A stretch of 63,382 bases of DNA, the filler included, from Octopus bimaculoides (taxonomy: Eukaryota), in NCBI RefSeq assembly GCF_001194135.2. It is 9 parts of 8 records of this genome, joined end to end, with 100 filler letters (N's around TTAATTAATTAA, not from the genome) between each part and the next. Parts side by side here need not be neighbours in the genome. Positions count along the whole stretch, not along the records: positions 1 to 16,421 come from NC_068982.1; 8 more parts are not named here. One strand, given 5' to 3'. Position 1 is the first letter of the stretch, and each line of letters begins with the position of its first letter. Positions 1 through 11,744 of the stretch are shown one piece after another. The notes below the pieces were generated by a model. The model had not been told where the DNA came from. It saw nothing but the letters and a program-made list of their open reading frames with translations, and made no database searches. Made by a program: the position numbers and the translations under genes.

Positions 1-157
1 AGTAATACTGGTTTTTATACAGATTGATAAACAAGACAAGGCATAAATAATGGTCATAACATATTTTTCTTTATTGTAGTAAATTTGATTCAATAAAGGA
101 AAAATATGTAATGATAGTTATTTATGCCTTGTCTTATATATATATTCTTTTCTACTC

Positions 158-368
158 TAGGCACAAAAACCCGAATTTTTTTTTGGGGGGGGAGAGGTGC
201 CAGTCGATTAGATCGACTCCAGTACGCAACTGGTACTTAATTTATCGACCCTGAAAGGATGAAAGGCAAAGTCAACCTTGGCGGAATTTCAACTGAGAAC
301 GTAAAGACGGACGAAATGCCGCTAAACATTTTTCCCGGCGTGCTAACGATTCGGCCAGCTCTCCGCCT
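158..368 (-). mobile_element. tRNA-derived SINE, family B (Meta-domain-like)
   Basis: The reverse complement gives the head GGCGGAGAGCTGGCCGAATCGTTAGCAC, a B-box-like GTTGAAATTCC and CTTTGCCTTTCATCCTTTCAGGGTCGATAAATTAAGTACCAG, which resembles the Meta domain from memory. Many homologous copies occur in the window. Confidence 0.85.
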
Positions 369-657
369 AGAGCTTATCCCTCGGAAATGAAGTAACGTTA
401 CCAATGAGGATTAATTCTATCCGAAATCGGTCGGCTGATCTGACGCCCTCGCTTGCTGAGGGGAGGCTATCACACTTCTTAGAGAATAAAAAGTGCTCTG
501 ATGAACACTTTCTGTTGAACAGAAAGTGCTCTGTTCGTGGCTAAGGGTTATTTTGACTCTTATTTCTAGCAATGCTGGTGCTGACTTGAACCCTTAGTTA
601 CTTTTAGTGACGATTGTATTTGTGCCTTTTGGTTTCAAATTGCATCTAACCACCTTA

Positions 658-814
658 AGCGTGGCTGTGTGGTAAGAAGCTTGCTTCCTAACCACATGGT
701 TCCGGGTTCAAACCCACTGCGTAGCACCTTGGGTAAGTATCTTCTACTATAGCCTCGGGCCGACCAATGCTTTGTGAGTTGATTTGAGAGACGGAAACTG
801 AAAGAAGCACGTCG

Positions 815-820
<6 letters not shown>
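658..820 (+). mobile_element. tRNA-derived SINE, family A, 5' half (tRNA head + CORE-like), running into (TA)n and a gap
   Basis: GTGGCTGTGTGGTAAG (A box), GGTTCAAACCC (B box) and ACCTTGGGTAAGT (CORE-like start). It matches the full copies at 33034-33489 and 52447-52853. Confidence 0.9.
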
Positions 821-857
<37 letters not shown>

Positions 858-1807
858 NNNNNNNNNNNNNNNNNNNNNNNNNNNNNNNNNNNNNNNNNNN
901 NNNNNNNNNNNNNNNNNNNNNNNNNNNNNNNNNNNNNNNNNNNNNNNNNNNNNNNNNNNNNNNNNNNNNNNNNNNNNNNNNNNNNNNNNNNNNNNNNNNN
1001 NNNNNNNNNNNNNNNNNNNNNNNNNNNNNNNNNNNNNNNNNNNNNNNNNNNNNNNNNNNNNNNNNNNNNNNNNNNNNNNNNNNNNNNNNNNNNNNNNNNN
1101 NNNNNNNNNNNNNNNNNNNNNNNNNNNNNNNNNNNNNNNNNNNNNNNNNNNNNNNNNNNNNNNNNNNNNNNNNNNNNNNNNNNNNNNNNNNNNNNNNNNN
1201 NNNNNNNNNNNNNNNNNNNNNNNNNNNNNNNNNNNNNNNNTCATTAAAGCGTTTGAATTTTTCAGAATACAGTAAAATAGAAAACATTTCTTATATCCTC
1301 TACGTTTACCTTGGCATTTGTAGTTAATCGAAATTAACAACTGCACTGCTTTGGAGTAAGCTTTGGGAGTCGAAAAATCATCGAGTAAAGAAATCTACTA
1401 ACGTGGAGCTATTAAAAACATGACGATATATTGAAGAAAAATATATTAAGTTCCGGGACGTGAAAAATAGTTGATTTAAAACTAGATCAAGTTTATGAAT
1501 ATAACAGTGCAAAAAAAAAGAAAAAAGAAAAACCTCTCATATTTTCTCTCTTTAACTTTTGACTGAGCACCATTAAATTTGCTTGCTATGACAGCAGTAC
1601 CATCTATGTTTGAGCAGCTATCATTATTGTTTTAAACGGCTTAAATCATCTAGATTGTTTATAGCTAAATATGAACTAGCCTGAGCACTTCTATCTTCAC
1701 TAACATCAATAAATCTAATGAATCTTTCACAAATTTGTCCTTTTCTATCAACAACCAAACACACATATATACAGACTCTCTCTCTCTCTCTCACACACAC
1801 CTACTCG

Positions 1808-1950
1808 ACGAGTTTCCGCTTACGAAATTCACTCACAAAGTGTTGGTCAACCTGGGATTATAGAGATAATACTTGCCCAAGGTGTCAAACGGTGAGACTG
1901 AAACCGGAAACATCTGGTTACAGAGTGAGCTTCTTAACCACTGAGTCATA
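1808..1950 (-). mobile_element. degenerate family A SINE 5' half
   Basis: Diverged match to the family A head/CORE (ACTTGCCCAAGGTG, CACTCACAAAG). Confidence 0.7.
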
Positions 1951-2847
1951 CCTAACTGTTTGTAAGTTACATAAAGGCCTTCTACGGTCGACTATGCGTT
2001 TCTATTCATTAACAGAACGTGAACTAAATGATGTTTTATTCAACACAGTAAAAAGTTTCACAACCATCGCAAGGTAACATAAATACACTTGCAAAGGGAA
2101 TTAGTCAAAACGATGGAAGTCAAGCTTTCATATATAAACCATTTTCGAAACAAGCAAATAATTTCAAACACCGATAAAATAATTTAAAATATTAAACCAA
2201 TAATTACATAAATTAATTACTAAGCACCAAGGAATAATTCAGGCGTAACCTAGCTTTTAACTGTGCAGTAAACAAGCTTCGACAGGGCATGCGTTCAGCG
2301 GGTGGTAGTTAAAAGTATATTACAACACTGTATGCCTAAATACACTAGGATCAAATGTGATAATGCTTACAGGTTAAGCGGTTGACTGACACAAGTTGGA
2401 GACTGTATACTTTAAGCAAACCTCATTTCTACAGGAATTACGCTGTCTGATAGCTAGTTTCTTAGATAGCTGGTTTGGAAAAACGTTAAGCTAGTTTGAA
2501 AGCAGGAACTGGTTGGACACTATATATATATATATATATATATATNNNNNNNNNNNNNNNNNNNNNNNNNNNNNNNNNNNNNNNNNNNNNNNNNNNNNNN
2601 NNNNNNNNNNNNNNNNNNNNNNNNNNNNNNNNNNNNNNNNNNNNNNNNNNNNNNNNNNNNNNNNNNNNNNNNNNNNNNNNNNNNNNNNNNNNNNNNNNNN
2701 NNNNNNNNNNNNNNNNNNNNNNNNNNNNNNNNNNNNNNNNNNNNNNNNNNNNNNNNNNNNNNNNNNNNNNNNNNNNNNNNNNNNNNNNNNNNNNNNNNNN
2801 NNNNNTGAGTTTTTACCTGTAATTTTGGATTTTGTCCCTAATATTAT

Positions 2848-2892
<45 letters not shown>

Positions 2893-3418
2893 GCAAAGAC
2901 ACACACAGACGCATACACACGCACACACACATGCACACGCAAACACACACACCTATCAACACTTTAATATTAAAGTGAAGGATCATTCAATACTTTTTAG
3001 TAGAGTACATATTTAACAATTTTTACAAGGTAAAGGTTGACAGTGATTTTGAAGTTTTGTCGTGTTATATCATACTGAAGATCATTTTGTGTTTTCTTTG
3101 GGCTTTATATAATGTTTCCGGCTGTTTTCATACGCTAGGTGGAGTAATATGAGTGAGAATTAGATGTGATGTAGACAGGGAAAGTAATTGTGTACAAAAT
3201 GCAAAGGGTGGAAAAGGATAGGGGAAAAGTAGGTATTTACAGGAGTGAGTTGAGAGAAAGATATGAGGTGAGGGTTTTTCTCGTTTGATGATGGAAATTT
3301 ATTGTTTGGCTTCAGTCAAGCGGGAAAGTAAAGGAGTATATCAGAGGCATCAAATATACATAGAGACATTCATACTGAACCTTAGGGCATATACCTACCT
3401 ACCTACCCTCCTACTTAC

Positions 3419-3471
<53 letters not shown>

Positions 3472-3943
3472 CTTCATGTACAATTTCATTTGTTAGAGTT
3501 ATTAGACTGCGCCGATGCTAGAAAAACAATTTGAAGGATTTTTAGTCGATCAAATGGACCCCAGTACTTTCAAGTCAAGTACTTATAACAGCGGCTCCTT
3601 TTTCCAGGTCACTAATTGACGCGGTCGTGAAAAGTCAAACGCCTGTTGTGAATAGGTGAGAGACAAACACAAACATGGACATATGTACACACGCGCACAT
3701 ACATACTAAAAAGTACACGTGCGTGCACACGTAACTAAAAAAACAAACGTGCGCATGCGCACACGCATAAACAAACGACGCCTTTCCGCAAAGTTTCCGC
3801 CTATCAGTTCACTCACAAGACATTGGTCGACCTTGGGAAATATNNNNNNNNNNNNNNNNNNNNNNNNNNNNNNNNNNNNNNNNNNNNNNNNNNNNNNNNN
3901 NNNNNNNNNNNNNNNNNNNNNNNNNNNNNNNNNNNNNNNNNNN

Positions 3944-3974
<31 letters not shown>

Positions 3975-4239
3975 CATATATAATACATACATAAATATAT
4001 ATACATACATATATATACATATGTATATATACATATATATGTGTATGTGTGTGTTCGTATATGAAAGAATTACACATCCATTAGTACATTGATAATTTAT
4101 ATGTGTGAATATCTTAGGTACGTACATGTTAGAGAGGAAAAGTATGACATACAAGCGTCGATGTGAGTATATCTATACTTTTATATCAGTAACTCTTTCT
4201 CTCTCTGTGTCTCTATGTCTTAGTGTATGTGTATATATA

Positions 4240-4460
4240 TATATTGTGTTTGCCACCTTGGAATCCTCTGTGTACTGGGTTGATCCACTACTCAGGAAGA
4301 GACTATTCTAGAGTACGTTCTGTCTTATCTTCGAAACGTCTAGATAGAATAGAGATAGCTGATGAAGGGATATTCCAAGTGGCTTTCCGTTTTCCTATGT
4401 GTTCGTTCCGTTGTCTGTAGTTTATTGTTCTAACGTCCTGTACCCTGATATGCATATATA
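4240..4460 (+). mobile_element. Penelope-like terminal-repeat remnant with two degenerate hammerhead-like cores
   Basis: CTCAGGA...CTTCGAAACGTC at 4291-4340 and CTGATGAAGGG...TTCTAACGTC at 4359-4437, in a unique island between (TA)n tracts. Confidence 0.4.
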
Positions 4461-6252
4461 TACACATGTAGATGTAAGTATGTACATATATGTGTGTATA
4501 CATGTATATATATTCTTTGTATTATATATATATATATATGCTTAACTTAGGTGAAGGAGGGTAAAGGAGAGAGAGAGTTATGGAGAGATAGGGATGGTGT
4601 ACCTGAACGTGTTGACATGAGTGTTTAGAGTGTTTAAAGAAAGAGTTCGAAGCGCGCTGCCTCCGTATTGTGTCATATGTAATACGTATTCAGCATCTCA
4701 GTTCAACCTTGTTATAAACAGTAACCTTTGCTCATGAAACTCACTAATCAATCAATGGAAACACCTGTTGTTGAGCATAATAGCTTGTAGTGCTCTTGAA
4801 GGTATTAGCGACTTTAGAGGAGATAATACCTTCCAATCGAAACCGGACCGATTCGCCAATTTGGCTTACCTAAAGCTTCCGTTTNNNNNNNNNNNNNNNN
4901 NNNNNNNNNNNNNNNNNNNNNNNNNNNNNNNNNNNNNNNNNNNNNNNNNNNNNNNNNNNNNNNNNNNNNNNNNNNNNNNNNNNNNNNNNNNNNNNNNNNN
5001 NNNNNNNNNNNNNNNNNNNNNNNNNNNNNNNNNNNNNNNNNNNNGCCGCTCTCGACAACTGCATCGTAATAATGTGATCTTGTGATGTTCATTACCTCTG
5101 GGTATCGATAACGTCGAATGAGAAGAGTGAGTGTATTTTGTCCACTGCATTAATTGTTTGAAATTTCGTGATCAGAGTTAACATCCATCAACGAGACATC
5201 AGCTTATTTGACCTTTCTCCAGAATATCGTGTACGTATTTCTGACAGCTAGGAGGGAGGTACGAATAGTTAAGTGACGCACGTTCTGTTTGTTAGAAGAA
5301 AGTATCAAAGGAATTATCAGATATTAATGCCAGGAATGTGTCACAAGTGAATCAAAGATGAAGTCTTCGACTACATTTTATAGTGCTAATAATAATAATA
5401 ATAATAATGGTTTCTGAACATAACCGCAACGCTACATATTTTTGGAGTGCGTGCTGTCGATATAATCGACCTGCAACTAGTTCTTGTTTTTATCGACCAC
5501 GTAAAGATGAAAGACAAAAGTTGTATATAAACGGGATGTAACTACGTACTGTAAGGCATTTTGTCTGCTGCGCTACCGATTATGATATTCACCGTTTTAT
5601 TAATAATAGTAATAATGATTTCTTGCATTATCACGGAGCCACAGATTAGTAGAGGAAGTACTAAGTCAATTAAAACAGCCCAGTGCTTGACTGGTACATA
5701 TTTTATCGAGACACAAACGATAACCTTCAAAGTTAACCTCTGCTGGTATTTGAACTCGCGAACTATATAGTTGTGTAATTCCTTATTAACCGAGCTACTT
5801 AATCATTTATAGTTACAAAATCAGGGAAATATCTTGATTCGGAACAAAACGTGGTATGTGAATTCGCCTTACCACTTAGAACTCACTCAAGTGTTGCTGA
5901 TCTACATCTCTAGTCATACTTGTATGATAGTAATGGATTTTAATTTAGGCACGGGGGGTATAGTTGGAGGGGTATAGTTGAATAAATCAACCATAGTAGT
6001 TGACTGATACCGTATTTTTTTGAGCCGAAAGGATAAAAGGCAATGTTGATGTAGGCAGTATTTGATACAGAACCTAAAACTCTGGAAGAAATGCCGCTAA
6101 GTATTTTGTTCGATGCGCTAACAATTCTGCCAGCACGCAATGACAGTAATGATATAAGCTCTTAGCCCAAGGTAATTTTTGACTGGAGCGGAGTATACAG
6201 TTAATTGCAACAATCACACTATACTTATTAACATGCTATTCCTTTCTTCCAG

Positions 6253-6339
6253 GAGAGCCAATTGGAATAGAGGCCCACGTAGAGAGACAAACACAAAATA
6301 CCATTAACTGTCGAATCCAGTGCTGTTCAATTTCTTTCG
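6253..6339 (+). CDS. candidate internal exon, product unknown
   Basis: Strong acceptor TATTCCTTTCTTCCAG, 87 nt open in phase 1-1 ((G)EPIGIEAHVERQTQNTINCRIQCCSISF), weak donor G|GTACTA. No recognised homology. Confidence 0.15.
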
Positions 6340-6559
6340 GTACTAATACTGATTTCTAGTATTGGCAAAAGATCAGGAATTTTTAGAGTAGGTATAATTA
6401 CAGGTGTTGATTTTATTGATCTCACAAATATAAACAATAAAGTCGGCCGCAGCAGAATTTGAACTCGAAACACAAAACGACTTCATTAAATAATACAAGG
6501 TATTTAATCCAACATTCCACCTTTTCTGCTAACTTTATTCTGAAGTTTTGATGGCAGAA

Positions 6560-6780
6560 TCTATAGCATGCCGGGCTAAATGTTTAGCTGCATTTCATAC
6601 ACCTTTACGCCGAGGTCGACTTTGCCTTTCATCCTTTCCTAGTTGACTAACTAAGTGCCAGTTGAGCACTGGGGGTCAATTTAATCGACTTTTGAGCATT
6701 GGGGGTCGATGTAATCGACTTATTCCTCCGCCCCCACAAAAAAAAAAAAATTTAGGCCTTGGGCCAGAAGTTGAAACGAA
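6560..6780 (+). mobile_element. family B SINE, degenerate, with internal tandem duplication
   Basis: GTCGACTTTGCCTTTCATCCTT motif. GAGCA(C/T)TGGGGGTC(A/G)AT(T/G)TAATCGACTT occurs twice in tandem at about 6664-6721. Confidence 0.8.
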
Positions 6781-7290
6781 CATATAGGAAGGAATTCCAA
6801 CCACGTTTCGTGGTTCGCTGCCTCAACGGCTCCTTTATAGGATCCAGTGGCTAAGAACATCATCAGGAGGAACCACGTCCGGTTTCGGCCCCTACTTCTC
6901 CACTGTTTTCGACATGGCNNNNNNNNNNNNNNNNNNNNNNNNNNNNNNNNNNNNNNNNNNNNNNNNNNNNNNNNNNNNNNNNNNNNNNNNNNNNNNNNNN
7001 NNNNNNNNNNNNNNNNNNNNNNNNNNNNNNNNNNNNNNNNNNNNNNNNNNNNNNNNNNNNNNNNNNNNNNNNNNNNNNNNNNNNNNNNNNNNNNNNNNNN
7101 NNNNNNNNNNNNNNNNNNNNNNNNNNNNNNNNNNNNNNNNNNACAGCTCATCTGGTTGCGACAGTGATATAAGGAATATCATTGAAGTGATGGAGAAATA
7201 AAGACAAGATGGAGAAATAAGGACAAGAGCATACCTATTGGACAGAACATTACGGATAGAAACAATACAGTAAGAATGTCTCTGTACGTA

Positions 7291-7377
<87 letters not shown>

Positions 7378-7744
7378 GCGTGTGCGTGTGCGTGTGTGTG
7401 TGTGGTATGTTGTACGTGTAGTTCACTGCTAAATATGTGATTAGTTATCTCCGTATCAAATATCAGAAAATAGCTGTATTTAGCAACAACAACAACAACA
7501 ATAATAACGGCAATGCGAGAATAACAATTGTGAGGTGAGGTAAAATGAAGTGAGACCCATCAAAATTTAAAGCCAGAAAGAATTTACGGAAGTAAAACGA
7601 AACTAAATATTGATCGGCCGTTTCTGTTTTTATACACGTTAGATACTGAAGTTTGTGACCGATAGGACATCACTAGCTGTAAATTAAACCAAAATTAAAA
7701 TCAACATTAAAAACTTGAATGTTGATTTATGGTCGAAAGAGTAC

Positions 7745-8051
7745 GTTCGCGAATAGAAGCGGTCGAAATGTTACTTCACTGCATTGAGATAATGCAAATA
7801 AGCGATCAGAAAGTCGCATGGAAGAATCGTAAGACGAATTCTTCAAGCCGATTCAAACGTCAGGAGACTTTGGGGTGTATCAAGACTGAAATGGTTGGAT
7901 AACATCCATAGTCTCAATTGGACATGCTTGGGAATCCAGCTGGAAAGCGTAATACAGTTCCTTCAGAAATGACCATATGGATGAGGTTACAGAAGACTCT
8001 ATATCCACGAACCTCTCGGGAATAGTGAGCGGAGAAAATAGATGAATGAAT
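7745..8051 (+). mobile_element. RTE-clade (Expander/Rex3-like) LINE 3' end, degenerate
   Basis: Encodes WLDNIHSLNWTCLGIQ from 7892, homologous to WLDNISELSWSCLGIQ at 18725. It ends GTGAGCGGAGAAAATAGATGAATGAAT, like RTE simple-repeat tails. Confidence 0.6.
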
Positions 8052-8082
8052 TATCACGCCGTTAAATAGAGGTGTGTCTCAC

Positions 8083-8362
8083 CAACCCCATTTAAATCTG
8101 AAAGGGAGCACGGGCCATATTGATAAAACAATGTTCTCTAGTGTCTTCAATGTCCATAGTTCCTTTTGTACTTTTCCAGTATTTCTGTCAGTAGTTCTAG
8201 AAGCTATTAAGTGTATAATCTTATTATTGATATACTTTTGACCACCACAGTCTACACTCGGTTCACGGCAAGCCGAGTTGTACATTCCGGTTTGCTGTAA
8301 ACCTCGTAGTGACAACGTTAAGATAGCCGTATACAGATGGGACACAACTTTAGCAAACATGA
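8083..8362 (-). CDS. candidate exon, product unknown
   Basis: Acceptor TTTTCTAG and donor TTG|GTGAGA bracket a 280-nt fully open frame (MFAKVVSHLYTAIL...WPVLPFRFKWG) in unique sequence. No recognised homology. Confidence 0.22.
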
Positions 8363-8870
8363 CTAGAAAACTATTTTAAATCTCGTTCGACATAGCTATA
8401 TTCAAATTACAGCTATATTCAAATTACACGTAATTATTGAATTATTGAATTAGTCAGCAGCTGTATGCAACACACCAGTCTTGAATTCTCTTTCCAGCGT
8501 AGTCTTTCGAGGAAACTAAAACCAGAAAATGACAATGCTTGAAATTAGAAAATAGGACACCTTATGATTTTGGAGGTTCTGTGCGTCTATTTATCTAACT
8601 GTCTATATTCATATCATCATAGATATAAAACAGCATCCTAACTAACGGTCACAAAACGGACCATTCAAAGGCACAGGTACGTCAGGCTATGTCAGGATAA
8701 TTCCCCCCGAGAATAATGTTAAAGGTGTACGTGTCTAGATTTGTTCGTCCTTTACAAGCAAAGGCAACGAACAAGAATTGCATTTGATTGAACAGGTGAA
8801 TATCCATCATCTAAATCAACGGGCATACATACATACATACTTATACTGTGTGTATATATATATTGATGTA

Positions 8871-8906
<36 letters not shown>

Positions 8907-8995
8907 GATATATATAGATAAAGATACATGCATAACATTCCTTTATTATTTTACTTGTTTCAGGCATTTGACTATGGCCATGCTGGAGCACCACC

Positions 8996-9058
<63 letters not shown>

Positions 9059-9459
9059 AACACGCAGCTACGCGACACGAAGAAGGAGAATGCAATGAGA
9101 AACCAGTGTGAGGCTTATTACTTTACAAAAAATAATGATTTAAATATTATCACTTTTAGAGTTATCAGTCACAAATAAGAGGACTACACACTACCAAACT
9201 ACAAAAAACTAATATTTACGTGGTTCTGTATGCATTCCAATTAACTGAAAATATTGCGGAATGTCACTAATAAGTAGAAAACAAGATGTTTGTAACCAGT
9301 TTCAAGTAATGAAACTCCAAGTGATAACACTACGAGTATCGGAGATTAAAAACCATGTAGCTTGTTACACACATATGTAAGTATAAATATCGCTTCCCTC
9401 CTTCTCTCTATATATATGTTTATAGCTATACATCTGTGTATAAATGGAAGTATGCATAG

Positions 9460-9492
<33 letters not shown>

Positions 9493-10539
9493 CATACATA
9501 TATACATGCATATACATAAAAAATATATATATATATATATATATATANNNNNNNNNNNNNNNNNNNNNNNNNNNNNNNNNNNNNNNNNNNNNNNNNNNNN
9601 NNNNNNNNNNNNNNNNNNNNNNNNNNNNNNNNNNNNNNNNNNNNNNNNNNNNNNNNNNNNNNNNNNNNNNNNNNNNNNNNNNNNNNNNNNNNNNNNNNNN
9701 NNNNNNNNNNNNNNNNNNNNNNNNNNNNNNNNNNNNNNNNNNNNNNNNNNNNNNNNNNNNNNNNNNNNNNNNNNNNNNNNNNNNNNNNNNNNNNNNNNNN
9801 NNNNNNNNNNNNNNNNNNNNNNNNNNNNNNNNNNNNNNNNNNNNNNNNNNNNNNNNNNNNNNNNNNNNNNNNNNNNNNNNNNNNNNNNNNNNNNNNNNNN
9901 NNNNNNNNNNNNNNNNNNNNNNNNNNNNNNNNNNNNNNNNNNNNNNNNNNNNNNNNNNNNNNNNNNNNNNNNNNNNNNNNNNNNNNNNNNNNNNNNNNNN
10001 NNNNNNNNNNNNNNNNNNNNNNNNNNNNNNNNNNNNNNNNNNNNNNNNNNNNNNNNNNNNNNNNNNNNNNNNNNNNNNNNNNNNNNNNNNNNNNNNNNNN
10101 NNNNNNNNNNNNNNNNNNNNNNNNNNNNNNNNNNNNNNNNNNNNNNNNNNNNNNNNNNNNNNNNNNNNNNNNNNNNNNNNNNNNNNNNNNNNNNNNNNNN
10201 NNNNNNNNNNNNNNNNNNNNNNNNNNNNNNNNNNNNNNNNNNNNNNNNNNNNNNNNNNNNNNNNNNNNNNNNNNNNNNNNNNNNNNNNNNNNNNNNNNNN
10301 NNNNNNNNNNNNNNNNNNNNNNNNNNNNNNNNNATATATATATATATATAAAGAAACATATAATGATATAATTATAAAGCGGTGGTTTGTTGCCAACTTA
10401 ATGTAGCAGTTCCAGGAAAAGGAAGAATGCTGCTGCTCACATGGATAAAATACATCACTGTGTTTCTGTTTGTTTGTCTGTCTGCCTCTCTCTGTGTATA
10501 TATCTATGTATATATATGTTTAAATATTCCTATTCCTTT

Positions 10540-10880
10540 AGTCATTTGACAGTGCCCATGCTGGAGCACCGCCTTAATGGCTGTTAGTCGAAGAAATCAA
10601 CCCTAGAAATTATTCTTTGTAAGCTTAGTAGTTATTCCATTGCTGTCTTTTGCTGAACTGTTAAGTTAAGGGGACATAAACACACTGGCATCGGATGTTA
10701 AGCGACGGTGATGGAACAAACACACACACACACACATATGACGGACCTCTTCCAGTTTCCGTCTACCAAATTCACTTACAAGACTTTGGTCGGCTTGAAG
10801 CTATGGTAGAAAACACTTGCCGAACTCGGAACCATGTGGTTGGGAAGCAAGCTTGTTACCACATAGCCATGCCTGCGCCT
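10540..10880 (-). mobile_element. family A SINE, near full length, diverged
   Basis: Both halves are present (CATGCTGGAGCACCGCC; CAGTTTCCGTCTACCAAAT...CCACATAGCC), separated by (CA)n. Confidence 0.85.
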
Positions 10881-11029
10881 ATATATATATACATATATAT
10901 ATATATACATATATATACAGTGCTATATAAATATCACATACTGTCATATGCATGTGTATGTATATATCTATAAGTAGGAGGGAATTTAAAACATATACAG
11001 GTATAATTATATAAATAATCATGTATATA

Positions 11030-11078
<49 letters not shown>

Positions 11079-11519
11079 GAACATACATACGTATATATTT
11101 ATATATCTCTATAGAGATCTATATGTATGTATATAGTTGTAGTTATAATATTCGTGTATTCCATCTTTTGTGTCTTTTTCATGACTAGAATTGTTTGCTC
11201 CTCGGAGATTAACGGAGACTTTGTGATGATGTCCTCAGAGGCTGATTGATAATAATATTAACAACAACAACAACAACGATAAGGATAAAAATCATATACA
11301 TACCTATACATACAAATAAGCATAACTTACGTAGATATGTATAAATATATCTATGAAAATATGTACCTTATACATACACATATTTGGGCATATAATGATG
11401 AATATCTTTTAAACATTATGTATATCGTATATATATATATATATATACACACACATACATGTATGCATATATGTATATATATATATATATATGTATATGT
11501 ATGTGCATATATATATATA

Positions 11520-11708
11520 TGGGAGAATTTACGGAAAAAAACAACAACAGACGAGGACAGGTGGTGTAAACAACGAAAGGATGTATTAGTTTAACGCTCG
11601 GGAATAGAGAAAGTCTTTAACGTTTCGAGCTACGCTCTTCAACAGAAAGAATAAGGAGAAAAACAAGAAAGAAATTTGAATGTCGTGGTCAGCGATCTAT
11701 CATGGTGA

Positions 11709-11712
<4 letters not shown>
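11520..11712 (-). mobile_element. Penelope-derived short element flanked by (TA)n
   Basis: It contains a minimal hammerhead-like motif. Its 3' part (TTCCCGAGCGTTAAACTAATAC...GTCCTCG) is homologous to 59011-59105. Confidence 0.6.
11614..11650 (-). ncRNA. minimal hammerhead ribozyme-like motif (variant core CUGUUGA)
   Basis: The minus strand reads TCTTT CTGTTGA A GAGC GTA GCTC GAAA CGTT AAAGA. This gives a 5-bp stem I, a 4-bp stem II with a triloop, GAAA, a palindromic AACGTT in place of stem III, and a GUU cleavage triplet. Confidence 0.55.
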
Positions 11713-11743
<31 letters not shown>

Positions 11744-11744
11744 A

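Noticed and set aside
470-531. Hammerhead ribozyme suggested by CTGATGA (498-504) and GAAA (522-525)
   Set aside because: Stem II cannot close (A opposite A) and stem I does not form next to the core.
5561-5770. Small membrane-protein-like ORF MSAALPIMIFTVLLIIVIMISC
   Set aside because: The hydrophobic run comes from an AAT-like tract, and the 3' half is a degenerate family B SINE on the minus strand.
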